Below are positions 44,170-54,494 of a DNA stretch of 64,000 bases, piece after piece. A program made the position numbers and the translations under genes. The stretch covers positions 63,760 to 127,759 of the forward strand of contig CAWBHS010000075.1 in the NCBI GenBank assembly GCA_963788655.1. Direction: 5' to 3'. A model generated the notes under the pieces. The model ran no database searches and was not told where the DNA came from. It saw only the letters and a list, made by a program, of their open reading frames with translations. Source of the DNA: an uncultured Verrucomicrobiae bacterium. Its GTDB lineage: Bacteria; Verrucomicrobiota; Verrucomicrobiia; Limisphaerales; JAFGQR01. Position 1 is the first letter of the stretch; every line of letters begins with the position of its first letter.

Positions 44170-46114
44170 ATGCCATTGTCCCGTAATGCGTGGACGAAGT
44201 TGCGGCCCGAATTGCTCGTGCCGGCCGCGGTGCTTGTCCTGGTGGGTTTTGCCGTTTGGCAGGGGGTGAGCGCCTACCTGGCCAAACCCACCGTTTCAGG
44301 CGATCCCTTTGACCTGCGCCTGGTGGGTGTGCGTCCGGATTGCAGTGACGAAATCCGCGACGGCACCGGCCGAATAATCGCCGAGGAATTTTACGGCCTG
44401 GATCGTGATCCGGCCTGGGCTCCCGGCCAAATGCGCCGGGATTTCATCTTCGATGTCGGCGACACCAACGCGGAAGTCCTCGCATCAACCTCTGAAATCA
44501 TTTATGCGGCGGGCCAGACGTACCATCGGTTTGAGCGCGCCCGACGCTTTCGATTGCCGGACGGTCGGCAGCGGGTGGTGGCGGAAGTCATGTTTCCCGG
44601 ATCGATTCAACGCACGCTCTTTCTCTGGCGGCGGCAAGTGCCAGTCCGACGGGTGGATCTACGGCTGTTTTTTTACTTGGCCGAGCCCGGCCCGGTTCGG
44701 CGGCGTTTCAATGGCCCATTTCAAACTGGCCAGCCCAGCGCGTGGACCAACGGTTGGCAACTGATTCCCGGTACCAATTCAACGGAATACAAGTTTGGCT
44801 CGGCCCAATTTCATTTGGTGTCGTCGAACAGCATTGCCGGTTTTCCCTTCCCCCTCATTGCCATCGATACTGCCGGCGAACGCCATCCGGTGCAGCGCCT
44901 GCGTTCGAGCGGTAAAGTGGCTCGCTGGGATTACGACTTTCGAGTGGATGATGTGCCGCTGGAAGAAATCGCCGCCATTCAACACGAGGAGCCCCGCGAA
45001 AAAACCTTCCATAACCTCCGGGTTGATTACGGTGACCGGCCATCGCGGACGTTTCCGGAATATCGGGAAAAGGTCGTGGCCGCGCTGCAATGGAAACAAG
45101 ATCCCGCCAAGCTCAATACGCTACGCTTCCGAAATCCGGAGGAAGCCATCCAGGTCATTGACCTCGTCCGCGGCAGCGGGGTGCGCGACGTAATGCGGGT
45201 GCTACACTTGCGTGCGCCCAGCGGCGGTAGCAGTTCCTTGCCGGCAGAGGTCCAAGCGCGGCTGCGGCGGACCGCGGCCATCTGGGCGCAAACTCTTGGC
45301 GTGCGCACGGAGGGCATCTCGCTGGGCCTGTCCTGCGGCTGGCCGGAATTTGTTAGTCCCGCTCTGGATTGGTTGGCCGACTCAACGTCAGGAGGAGATT
45401 CCGCCATTACGCTGAAATTGCTCCAGGCTCCCGGCTTGCTGACTACAAATGATATTTGGCGTCTGCGGGACATCCTGCTGAAGGCAAAGCCTTGGACGGA
45501 GGTCAAGCGTCTGGCCAAATGTCTGCAACAAAGCAAGAATCCGGTGGCCGGAGAAGTATTGTTCGAATTGGCACACGACCAACATCCCTGGATTTGGTGG
45601 CCAGCCGTGGAATGCCTGGTCGGCAGCGTTGCTGGGGTTCCAAAACCAACCCCGCCCTCCCTGGCTGCTGCTGCGGTTATTTCTGGCTCAAAATCAGACT
45701 CCCGTTGCCTACGGTGGCAAGACATTTCCGATAACCGACACCCTGGCCAAACAAGCGTACCGGCTGGTGCCGGACAGTTTCACGCCCGAGTTGCGGCGTC
45801 ATGACACCGAAACGTTTATGAAGCTGTACGGGCTCCTGGTGGCACACACGGATCGGCCGGTCGCCACTAGAATCTGGTTGAACAATTGCGAAGCCTCAGC
45901 CGCGTTTGCACCAGTGTGCCCACCGGATGTCGCCAACTGGATCGCGGTCATCATGGTTCAACAACTGAATCAATGGCACGGCACGGCCTTCGGACCGTGG
46001 GGCGCCGATTCCGCGGTTTCGCCGAAGTTTCCCATCGATCCATTGGATGTTCGCCAGGTGATTCAGGAAGTCATTCAATGGGATGAACAACGCGCAGAAT
46101 CAGCAGCCAAGTGA
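44170..46114 (+). CDS. Membrane-anchored hypothetical protein (frameshift near 45630)
   Basis: N-terminal TM and long ORF; reading continues in the 45629-46114 frame. Confidence 0.55.
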
Positions 46115-46269
46115 ATCGGGGAGCGCGCCCGCCGCGGGCGCACGCCCGCCGCTGGCGCCTCGCCAACCGGCTGTTCGAACAGCTGGCGTGTGGCGAGGCG
46201 CCAACGTTAGCGCCGTCGAACGGCGAGGCGCGCTTGCCGCAGCGCATTGGACATGCGCGCGCCCAAAGT

Positions 46270-47055
46270 TCAAAACGATTGGCGTCTATATGTTTCGCTC
46301 CAAACCGCCTTCACCAGCTCCGGCAGCACTTCGCCTGCTCGTCCGCGCAGCGAAAAATTGGCTTCCCCCGAGAGCGGGGTCTCGTCCGGATTGACCTCCA
46401 CCACCGCGGCGCCTCCGCGCAAGGCTTGATACGGCAATGCCGCTGCCGGGTACACCAAGGCAGAGGTGCCAATCGAAAAGAACACGTCGCATTCCCGGCT
46501 GGCGCGTTCGGCTTCTTCAAACGCCGTCAACGGCAGCAACTCGCCAAACCACACCACGTCCGGCCGGAGATGCCCACCGCACCGCGGACATCGCGGCGGC
46601 ACCTCGCCAGTTTCCAGCCATTCTTCGACGACGCGGTTCTCTTCAAAACATTTCGTGCGCAGAATGTTTCCATGGAGTTCGAACACGCGGGAACTGCCGG
46701 CGCGCTGATGCAGCCCGTCCACGTTTTGCGTCACCAGCGTGAACTCGTCCATCCGCTTCTCCATCTCGGTCAGCGCGCGATGGCCGGGATTGGGCAACAC
46801 CCGAGCGACTTGCTCACGGCGCCAGGCATACCATTCCCAGACGCGCTTGGGGTTGGCCCGGAAGGCTTCGGGTGTGGCCAGTTCTTCGGGCTTGAAGTCC
46901 GCCCACAGTCCGGATTGCGCATCGCGAAACGTCGGCACACCGCTCTCAGCCGAAATCCCCGCACCGGTGAGCACCGCGATTCGTTTGGCGATGCGCAGAG
47001 CTTCAACCAGTGCTGGGGGGATTTCAATTCGTGCCGGAGTGTCGTCGGTTTGCAT
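46270..47055 (-). CDS. cobB: NAD-dependent protein deacylase (sirtuin)
   Basis: GAGISAESGVPTFR, TQNVDGLH, HG, RPDVVWFGE, GTS..VYPAA. Confidence 0.96.
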   Translation of the reverse strand: MQTDDTPARIEIPPALVEALRIAKRIAVLTGAGISAESGVPTFRDAQSGLWADFKPEELATPEAFRANPKRVWEWYAWRREQVARVLPNPGHRALTEMEKRMDEFTLVTQNVDGLHQRAGSSRVFELHGNILRTKCFEENRVVEEWLETGEVPPRCPRCGGHLRPDVVWFGELLPLTAFEEAERASRECDVFFSIGTSALVYPAAALPYQALRGGAAVVEVNPDETPLSGEANFSLRGRAGEVLPELVKAVWSETYRRQSF

Positions 47056-47273
47056 AAACTGGCACCCACCTTACGCACGGCAATAACATCCTGCAATCGC
47101 ACTGATCTACCGCGAGTGCCCAAGAACCGAGGGCACATGGTGCATCTCGGTTTGGCACCGCCCAGGCCTCGGCGCGCTGGACACTTCTCATGGCAGCGCG
47201 CCGACCTTTGCGCGCGGCAGTTTTCCGTTGGCCCGCTCTTGACGATGGCAGGTGGAGGGGGCTGAATGTCCGC

Positions 47274-48620
47274 ATGGCAAACAAATCATTTCAAATCTCG
47301 CGTCGTTCCTTTGTGAAATCCTGCGCCCTCACTGCGGCGGCCACCGGCCTGCCCCTCTGGTTTCTCGAACAAGAGGAGGCGATGGCAGCGACTGCGCCCA
47401 AGCCGCCGGGTCCCAACGACCGGCCAGGCATTGCGCTCATCGGCTGCGGCGGGCGCGGCACGGGTGATGGCCGGAATTCGATGCGCTTTGGCGACATGCT
47501 CGCCGTTTGTGACGTGGACCAACGCCATGCGGCTGCGGCGGCCAAGGCGTTTGCCAAAGACGGCAAAACCCCGGACGTGTTCCACGACTTCCGGAAGATC
47601 ATGGAGCGCGACGACATTCACATCATTGTCAATGGCACCCCCGATCATTGGCACACGCTCGTAAACCTCGCCGCCGCGAAGGCGAAGAAAGACATTTACT
47701 CGGAAAAGCCGCTGACCCTCACCATTGACGAAGGCAAGCGCCTGGTCAAAGCGGTGCGCGCAAACAAGGTGGTCCTCCAGACCGGCACCCAACAGCGCAG
47801 CGACCGCAATTTCCGGCTCGCCTGCGAACTGGTGCGCAACCAGCGCATCGGCAAGCTCCAGCAAATCATCGTCTGGCTGCCGGCCGGATTGCGCGGCGGG
47901 CCGTTTGCTTCCTCACCGGTGCCGGCGGGTTTGGATTGGGATTACTGGCAGGGCCAGGCCCCCAAGGTGGATTACGTCAAGGAACGCTGCCATACCACGT
48001 TCCGTTACTGGCTGGAATATTCGGGCGGCACCATCACCGATTGGGGCGCGCATCATAACGACATCGCGTTCTGGGCCACCGGCATGCAGGGGCCTTCCGA
48101 GGTCGAAGGCAAAGTGCTGATCCAGCCCATTCCGGGCGGGTACACCGCGTTCAGCGAATATGAAATCCAATTCACCTACTCCAATGGCGTCAAGCACTTC
48201 ATCAAAACCACCAAGGACGACAATATTTTTGGCGGCGTGGTGAACCGGGACGGCCAGCGCAATGGCATCCGGTTCGAGGGCACCGACGGCTGGATCTGGG
48301 TCCGGCGCGGTGCGATCGAAGCCAGCAACGAGGAAATGCTCACCACCCCGCTGCCGACCAATGCCGAGCGACTTTACGTGAGCCACGATCACATGGGCAA
48401 TTTCTTCGAGTGCGTGCGGTCCCGGAAAGACCCGATCTGCGATGTCGAAACCGGTCACCGCAGCGCCTCCGAATGTCACCTGGCACAAATCGCCCTGCGA
48501 CTGGGACGCAAGCTCCAATGGGACGCCGAACGCGAACGGTTTACCGGCGACGGCGCCCAGGACGCCAACGCCTGGATCGCCCGCGAGATGCGCAAGCCTT
48601 ACGATTATTCGTACATTTGA
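47274..48620 (+). CDS. Tat-exported Gfo/Idh/MocA oxidoreductase
   Basis: SRRSFVK, IGCGGRG, TPDHWH, EKPL, DWGAHH. Confidence 0.93.
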   Translation: MANKSFQISRRSFVKSCALTAAATGLPLWFLEQEEAMAATAPKPPGPNDRPGIALIGCGGRGTGDGRNSMRFGDMLAVCDVDQRHAAAAAKAFAKDGKTPDVFHDFRKIMERDDIHIIVNGTPDHWHTLVNLAAAKAKKDIYSEKPLTLTIDEGKRLVKAVRANKVVLQTGTQQRSDRNFRLACELVRNQRIGKLQQIIVWLPAGLRGGPFASSPVPAGLDWDYWQGQAPKVDYVKERCHTTFRYWLEYSGGTITDWGAHHNDIAFWATGMQGPSEVEGKVLIQPIPGGYTAFSEYEIQFTYSNGVKHFIKTTKDDNIFGGVVNRDGQRNGIRFEGTDGWIWVRRGAIEASNEEMLTTPLPTNAERLYVSHDHMGNFFECVRSRKDPICDVETGHRSASECHLAQIALRLGRKLQWDAERERFTGDGAQDANAWIAREMRKPYDYSYI

Positions 48621-48654
48621 GGGCCGCCATAGTTAGAATCCATTTATGGCCCGC

Positions 48655-49086
48655 TTACACCGCGAGGATCTCGGCCCGCAGACCGGCAAATTTCTTGAAA
48701 CCTTGGTCGAACGTGAGGAAATCAAGACTCGCACTTACAGCAAATGCCGCCAGATAGGCGTCTTGCCAAAGCTTCGGTGAAAACGGGAAATCCTTTGTAA
48801 ATGCTCGCAACTTAGCTTGCAGGCCCCCTGGCTCGTCACGATAGCTGAATCGATGGTCTGCCATCATCGTATCGTAAACCTGCCACGCCTCATCTGTCAT
48901 GCACACACTTTCAGTCATCACCGCAGGATTCGATAATAAACGTAGCAATCCCAACTGGGTGACACGGCAAACCACCCGCTCTCCGGCGGACGTTGCCGCG
49001 TTCAGATTTGCTTTTGCGATCGGATGATGCTCGTGCCGCTCATAGCACAACGCCAGGAGGAAATTAACGTCGCATAAACTTGCCAT
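48655..49086 (-). CDS. vapC: PIN-domain toxin (VapC)
   Basis: LCDVNFLLAL..HEHH, GLLRLLSN, WQDAYLAAFA, TFDQGF. Confidence 0.9.
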   Translation of the reverse strand: MASLCDVNFLLALCYERHEHHPIAKANLNAATSAGERVVCRVTQLGLLRLLSNPAVMTESVCMTDEAWQVYDTMMADHRFSYRDEPGGLQAKLRAFTKDFPFSPKLWQDAYLAAFAVSASLDFLTFDQGFKKFAGLRAEILAV

Positions 49087-49345
49087 AGTATTCCGCTTCT
49101 TCCTTCAGCATCTCCTCCTCGGCACGCTCAACCGTCTCCTGGGTAATGGTCCTGTCACCAGGCTTCCCCTTGATGAGAGGAAATTCCACCCGTCGGCCAC
49201 TCGTTGTCGAAGATGACGGCAGGCTGGCCTGAATCAGTTTCGTCACGGCTGTTGAGATGAACTGGTTCACGTCCAGCCCGCACTGGTGGGCCTGTTGTTG
49301 AGCTTGCTGGAATACTTCATCCGGCAGTTCAATCGTCGTTCTCAT
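49064..49345 (-). CDS. Antitoxin (VapB/RHH-like)
   Basis: MRTTIELPDEVF; overlaps the PIN gene start. Confidence 0.85.
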   Translation of the reverse strand: MRTTIELPDEVFQQAQQQAHQCGLDVNQFISTAVTKLIQASLPSSSTTSGRRVEFPLIKGKPGDRTITQETVERAEEEMLKEEAEYYGKFMRR

Positions 49346-49470
49346 GGCGGTAGTGTCCGCATTTCACCTACCTCTGTCAACCAACGGCCTCCGAACGGCG
49401 CGAGTCAGAATGGAGGTGTGCGGTCCTGCGCCTAAGTTTCAGGTCAGCGTTGTAAATTCCTGGATTACCC

Positions 49471-49744
49471 GCGCAATGGCAGCCGGTTCGAGGGCACCGA
49501 GGGCTGGATCTGGGTTCGGCGCGGTGCGATCGAGGCCAGCAACGAAGAAATGCTCACCACCCCACTGCCGCCCAATGCCGAGCGACTTCAAGTGAGCTAC
49601 GATCATATAGGCAATTTCTTCGAGTGCGTGCGGTCCCGGAAAGATCCAATCTGCGATGTCGAAACCGGCCACCGCAGCGGCTCCGAATGTCACCTGGCGC
49701 AAATCGCCCTGCGCCTGCGGCGCAAACTCAAATGGGACGCCGGA
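49471..49744 (+). pseudogene. Diverged partial copy of oxidoreductase segment 48257-48530
   Basis: Colinear ~274-bp direct repeat with roughly two dozen substitutions. Confidence 0.92.
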
Positions 49745-49803
49745 AGGATACGCGGATCAGGATCTTTCTATTCGGCAACATGTTGCAAGGCAATCTGTTC
49801 CGT

Positions 49804-50197
49804 ATTTCAACGCCCCTTTGGAGGAGTTCGCCTTCTACAATTGATTCGTGTGGCGATGCTCCTGGCATCACTCTATATGACAACAGTTATTGGGCGCACC
49901 GAGTTCTGTGAATCACCTGCTCAATCGGCGGCAAAGAAGGGCTGGACCACCAGATGTCAATATCAAGAACTGACCCGTTTAACCAACGTAAATCAAATGA
50001 CCCGTTTATGACCCGTTTACGTTTACGGATTTCAATGCGCCTTTGAAGGAGTTCGCCCCCTACATTTGACTCGTGCGGTGATGCCCTTACATCACAGTGT
50101 ATGAAAATAATTGCTGGGCACACCGGATAATGTGTTTCCCTGCTCTATCGGCAGTGAAGAAGGCTCGACTATGATATGTCAATATCAAGACCCGTTT
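49804..50197. repeat. Two diverged ~170-bp direct repeats (49804-49980, 50029-50197) separated by TGACCCGTTTA stutters
   Basis: Both start ATTTCAA.GC.CCTTTG.AGGAGTTCGCC and end ATGTCAATATCAAG..GACCCGTTT. Confidence 0.85.
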
Positions 50198-50340
50198 ACA
50201 TTCCGGTTAAACCGGGTCGAAATGTGTTGGATGTATTCCAACATGCTAGTCAATCGAACTTGCTGCGAGGATGACTTATCTTTTGTTCTTGGCCTGTGAA
50301 GAAGTGACGGTTCTACCTGCAGTAAATCTCCCGGCCCTTT

Positions 50341-52089
50341 TCATGGCACAAACAAACGGAAGAATTGTTGATGGATTCCTGGCATTATCTCATTGGTGCA
50401 ACTGAACTCACCGGTTGAATTGAAGAAGTTGGTTTGGAGAGGCGCCCACTCCGACAATGGCGAGGCCAAATTGGTGGAAGTGACAAGTGAGTAGGTCGCG
50501 TTCGTTGGGCCGCCTGAGCCGCTTACTATGAACTGTATTCCAACGAGTTCTGCCGAACCGATCACCGGCAGAGGTGTTCTCCACACCGCTATCCCCTGAT
50601 TCCCGTTGACGAGTTCGTAGCGGAATGCCACCTCGCCGGCGTCATTGAGGCCACTGTTGCTATCCGGCAAGTAATTCCCGTTTATGGGTGTGCCGGCGAA
50701 GTCCAAGTTGGTTATGGTGCTGCCGTCCAACGCATCACTGGTGCGGACGATCTCGGTCAATCCGTGCCCCGGGGTGAAGAGGAACAGGGCAGTTTCATTG
50801 GTCCCGCTCACGTTGATCCCAATTCGACAAGCCACCTGGCCGGAGGCATTGATGGCAACGGTCGCCGTCCCGTGTCCTAGTGACCGAAACACAGCATCGC
50901 CCGCAGGCACGGGATCGTCCTTCCGCGTAATCTTGGTGATGGTCGCCTCATCACCGAGAAACAGCGCGTGCTTTGCTCCGCCGGCCCCAGTTGCTTTGGT
51001 GGTGTCTGCCGCAAACACAACTTGACCGGAGTCGTTCATTGCGCTGCTCGTCCCAATGGATCCAAGCTCATCACCGTCCGGAAGCAGATCACCGGAGCGC
51101 GCGATGACGGAGATCAGACCCGACTGCCGACGCAAGATTCCGAACCGGCCGCCGCCATCGGTCCAGGAAGCGTAGAAAGAAACGTGACCCAAGTTGTTGA
51201 GGCAGGGGTTGCTGAAGTTGTGTAGGTTCGTGATGCCCGCAACAGTATCGCCCCTGCGGGCGATGGAGGTCTTGAAGGGGCCGTCGCTGGTGAAGATACC
51301 CTCATCAAGAGACGTTCCACTGCCAGAGATGGGAGCGTTGAAAACGACGAGTCCGCTGTCGTTCATTGCTGGTGTGGCAAAGCTGGAAACATTGAATGTC
51401 CCACCAGAGCCACCGGGCGCGCTCTCGCCGTCGCGGACGATTTCGACGAGCGGGTTGGTGCTTAAAAGGTCGATGCGGTAGATCGCCGCTTGACCGGAAT
51501 TCCCATAGAGAAGGACCGCCATCCCAACTTGACTTGAACTGTTAACCGAAGGGCTTTCGGTATAATCTGGCTGGAAAGTGCCACCGCCAAACGCTGACGA
51601 ACCTTTTCTTGCGAGTTCCCCGCTACCTGGTGCAGTCCAACCAAAAAGACCTTTGTCATCGGCCGAACCGTTGGGCGTACCATTCAGATCCGCATAAAAC
51701 ACGACCAAGCTGCTGTTCGGCGCGACAGCCGGGTAAGGAATGCTGGTGCTGATGAGTTCTTGAAATGTCCCCTGTGCTCCGCCGGGCAATGGGTCGCCCT
51801 TTCGCCCTACTTTTTGAATCGGGCTCCCGACTTTCGCCAAGGCAATGAGTTCGTTCCCACCGCTCGAACCGGAGAGGTGCGCGACGAAGAGCACCCGGCC
51901 TTGGTTATTAATCGCAGGGACAGTGAACGTGGAATAAGTTCTCTCTCCGTCCGGGGCGACATGTCCAGTTTTCGCGAGGATGACAATCTCGGCCGCAAGG
52001 TGAGAAGGCATCCCGAAGTGCGTGAGGACAGCGAAGACAAGGGACAGGCGGATATTCATGGCTTTAGCAGGGTTGTTTCGATTTAACAT
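50341..52089 (-). CDS. Secreted protein with tandem NxxGxVxF repeats and C-terminal '...FFRL' domain
   Basis: Signal peptide; INNQGRVLF, MNDSGLVVF, LNNLGHVSF, LNDAGEVAF; TSTNL..PLSEW...QQFFRL. Confidence 0.85.
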   Translation of the reverse strand: MLNRNNPAKAMNIRLSLVFAVLTHFGMPSHLAAEIVILAKTGHVAPDGERTYSTFTVPAINNQGRVLFVAHLSGSSGGNELIALAKVGSPIQKVGRKGDPLPGGAQGTFQELISTSIPYPAVAPNSSLVVFYADLNGTPNGSADDKGLFGWTAPGSGELARKGSSAFGGGTFQPDYTESPSVNSSSQVGMAVLLYGNSGQAAIYRIDLLSTNPLVEIVRDGESAPGGSGGTFNVSSFATPAMNDSGLVVFNAPISGSGTSLDEGIFTSDGPFKTSIARRGDTVAGITNLHNFSNPCLNNLGHVSFYASWTDGGGRFGILRRQSGLISVIARSGDLLPDGDELGSIGTSSAMNDSGQVVFAADTTKATGAGGAKHALFLGDEATITKITRKDDPVPAGDAVFRSLGHGTATVAINASGQVACRIGINVSGTNETALFLFTPGHGLTEIVRTSDALDGSTITNLDFAGTPINGNYLPDSNSGLNDAGEVAFRYELVNGNQGIAVWRTPLPVIGSAELVGIQFIVSGSGGPTNATYSLVTSTNLASPLSEWAPLQTNFFNSTGEFSCTNEIMPGIHQQFFRLFVP

Positions 52090-52342
52090 AAAGCTTTACT
52101 TCGACAGCGAAAAGCCACCTATGAGGCCCCCATGGGATTTGGCTTTTTCTAAAGTTTCCTTTATTACTGAATTCAGAAGGGCTTGTCCAGTCCAAATTGC
52201 CCGGCGAATTGCGCCAAAAGTTTTGTTATCCTGGAAGGGTGTGAATTCGGGAGAAATGATACGTTGTGCCAAAAAGGGGGCGAAAGGAAAGGGGACATCC
52301 TTGATATTGACATATATCATGGCGGCAGGCAGGAACTCAGGC

Positions 52343-52399
52343 ATGGCACGCAACGTCAGAGTGGAGCAACCACGATCAGCAACTTGTAACGTCCGCTGA
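52343..52399 (+). pseudogene. RAYT-like transposase 5' remnant
   Basis: MARNVRVEQP..ATCNV resembles the MARKLRVEYPGAIYHV-type start; directly after AAAGGGGACATCCTTGATATTGACAT. Confidence 0.5.
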
Positions 52400-52454
52400 A
52401 CAGTTGCCCGAAGAGCACGTGCCGCCGGTTGAACGGGCCCCCTTTACGAACCGC

Positions 52455-53435
52455 TTACGCGGGCAGGTGAAAATAGCCGTGGATGTGCGGCATTCCCCGG
52501 AAATACCAGACCATCTCAGGTCCTTCGATCTGCCACGTGTCCCAGACCCGGTCATTGCCGATGTCGAAGGATCCGCCGTAACAGGAAACAAACAGCCGAT
52601 CGACCAGCGCTTTGTCCTCGATGGTCTTGAGGGTGGCCGCCACGTCGTCGGCCCGGAAGCACGCCAGCATACGGCGCATGGTTTCCAGCAGCTTCGCCTG
52701 CTGGTCCTTGCTGAGGTCTGCTCCACACAGTCCGGGCAGATCCGTCTTCTGCTTCTGGATGACTTTCGCCGGGCTTTCATCCCTCGGCTGCCGACCCACG
52801 AGGATTTTCTCCTGCTGTTTGCCGTCCAATGCGCTGTAGAATTCGTTGAAGATCAGCCCCTGATACCAGAAGGGATTGCCCTCGTGATCCTTCGTCTCGC
52901 GGAATGCCTTGGCGAAGTTGCCATAGAAGATCGGCGCGCCGCCGAAGCCGAGCCCCTTGTCCGTGTGGGCATTGCAGCGGCGCGTCACATGGTGCCCGGT
53001 GTAGATGAACTCGAAATCCTTGTCCCGCGGCGTGCCAAAGAAGGCGACCGAGGGGGTGTTCTTGAGGTCGCCCATGAGATCCTTCTGCACCTGCCAAGTC
53101 ATCTTCTCGCGATGCGCCGGATGATGCAATGACTCGAATATCTGCCGCACGAGATCCTGCTGCTCCCGGGTGTAGAAGGTGTTGATTCGCTGTTCGGGAC
53201 AGATATACCACCAGTTGCTGACGTACTGGCGCCTCGGGTGATCCACCGGCAAACAGATCTTGCCGCGCTGCTCTTCGGTCAGGGATTTGTAGAACTGCAT
53301 CGGCAGGGAATCCTTTTCCGCACCGAACACGCGCCACGAGGGCAATGCAGCCAGCGCGGCGGTGGCACCGAGCGCACGGATAACGTCGCGGCGGCTGAAG
53401 AGCTTCGTTTCGCCGCCAGAGAGGAGAGGCTTCAT
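52455..53435 (-). CDS. Tat-exported DUF3500-like protein
   Basis: SRRDVIR signal; YKSLTEEQR and YSALDGKQQ repeats, GGAPIFYG, WQIEGP...PHIH. Confidence 0.75.
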   Translation of the reverse strand: MKPLLSGGETKLFSRRDVIRALGATAALAALPSWRVFGAEKDSLPMQFYKSLTEEQRGKICLPVDHPRRQYVSNWWYICPEQRINTFYTREQQDLVRQIFESLHHPAHREKMTWQVQKDLMGDLKNTPSVAFFGTPRDKDFEFIYTGHHVTRRCNAHTDKGLGFGGAPIFYGNFAKAFRETKDHEGNPFWYQGLIFNEFYSALDGKQQEKILVGRQPRDESPAKVIQKQKTDLPGLCGADLSKDQQAKLLETMRRMLACFRADDVAATLKTIEDKALVDRLFVSCYGGSFDIGNDRVWDTWQIEGPEMVWYFRGMPHIHGYFHLPA

Positions 53436-53578
53436 AGAAGCATCCTATCGCTAATCGACGTAATTACCAGCCCTATTTCACGCTGGCGAGCAGAGCGTGT
53501 CCGGTTCAATGTCCTTGGACACGGGTGTATGGTTCATTCACTTTGAACTTCATCAACGAAAAGCTGAATATTTGCGGG

Positions 53579-53752
53579 ATGAAAAACGACTGCCAATCTG
53601 AAGCGAGCCCTCGCGATCGCAGCCACTGGGTGCTTCGGAGGTTTGACTCCCACGAAGCGCTCAGATGCCAGCAGATACGGGATTAGCAGGCACGGACCGG
53701 GGCCGAACGACGGGCGGCCGCGTGGGAACTGGTGGTGGAATTCACCGGTTGA
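53579..53752 (+). pseudogene. Antitoxin-like remnant with nonsense codon
   Basis: ...VLRRFDSHEALRCQQIRD*QARTGAERRAAAWELVVEF; TAG at 53684 where Trp is expected; resembles the 16831 remnant. Confidence 0.55.
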
Positions 53753-53782
53753 GTTCCTGGTCAATTTGGTTAGACTTTCAAT

Positions 53783-54097
53783 ATGTTGACCGCAGCTCCG
53801 ACAACGCACATCCGGTTGGACGAAAACGGCGTGGCTTGGATTGATGACACCCACATCAAGGTGTTGGAAGTGATTGCCGACCATGTGACCCACGGCCAAA
53901 GCGCGGAGCAAGTCCAGCGCGAGCACTCCCATTTGACCCTGGCGCAAGTGTACGCGGCCTTCGCGTATTACCATGACCATGAGGCTGAACTGGACGCGGA
54001 AATGGAACAACGGTACCAACAGGCGGAAGCGTTGCGTGAACAGTCCCCGCCATTTCCTTCTCGTCAAGAGCTGCGGAGCCGAGACAAGCGGGTGTGA
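53783..54097 (+). CDS. DUF433 antitoxin
   Basis: HLTLAQVYAAFAYYHDH. Confidence 0.9.
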   Translation: MLTAAPTTHIRLDENGVAWIDDTHIKVLEVIADHVTHGQSAEQVQREHSHLTLAQVYAAFAYYHDHEAELDAEMEQRYQQAEALREQSPPFPSRQELRSRDKRV

Positions 54098-54444
54098 GCC
54101 TCCGGTTTTACATGGATGTTCACGTCCGACGGTCGGTGACGACCGGCTTGCGCCGTCGCGGGGTGGATGTGTTGACCGCACAGGAGGATGGTTGCGCCAC
54201 ATTGGATGATGGTCCATTGCTGGAGCGGGCGACGGCATTGGATCGCGTGCTCGTCTCGCAGGACGATGATTTGTTGCGGGAAGCGGTCGTGCGACAAAAC
54301 CGGGCCGAGACATTCTCGGGCGTCTTTTACGCTCACCAACGAAATATTACGATCCGACGATCCATTGACGACCTGGAATTGCTGGCCAAGGCGTGCAGGC
54401 CCGAAGAAATCTCTGGCATCGTGGTGTATTTGCCCCTGAGGTGA
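54094..54444 (+). CDS. DUF5615 PIN-like toxin
   Basis: FYMDVHV, LRRRGVDV, DRVLVSQDDDL; GTGA overlap with DUF433 gene. Confidence 0.9.
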   Translation: MSLRFYMDVHVRRSVTTGLRRRGVDVLTAQEDGCATLDDGPLLERATALDRVLVSQDDDLLREAVVRQNRAETFSGVFYAHQRNITIRRSIDDLELLAKACRPEEISGIVVYLPLR

Positions 54445-54494
54445 GGTTCTGACAGGCACACAACCTGGTTCCGCCAAGGCGAGTTGGACGAGGA

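Noticed and set aside
48257..49744. Diversity-generating retroelement TR/VR pair
   Set aside because: Mismatches are not adenine-specific, many are at third codon positions, and no reverse transcriptase is present
10260..53686. Genome-wide TAG recoding
   Set aside because: In-frame TAGs fall at different expected residues (Tyr, Trp) in decayed genes, and TAG is a normal stop elsewhere (39478, 57149)
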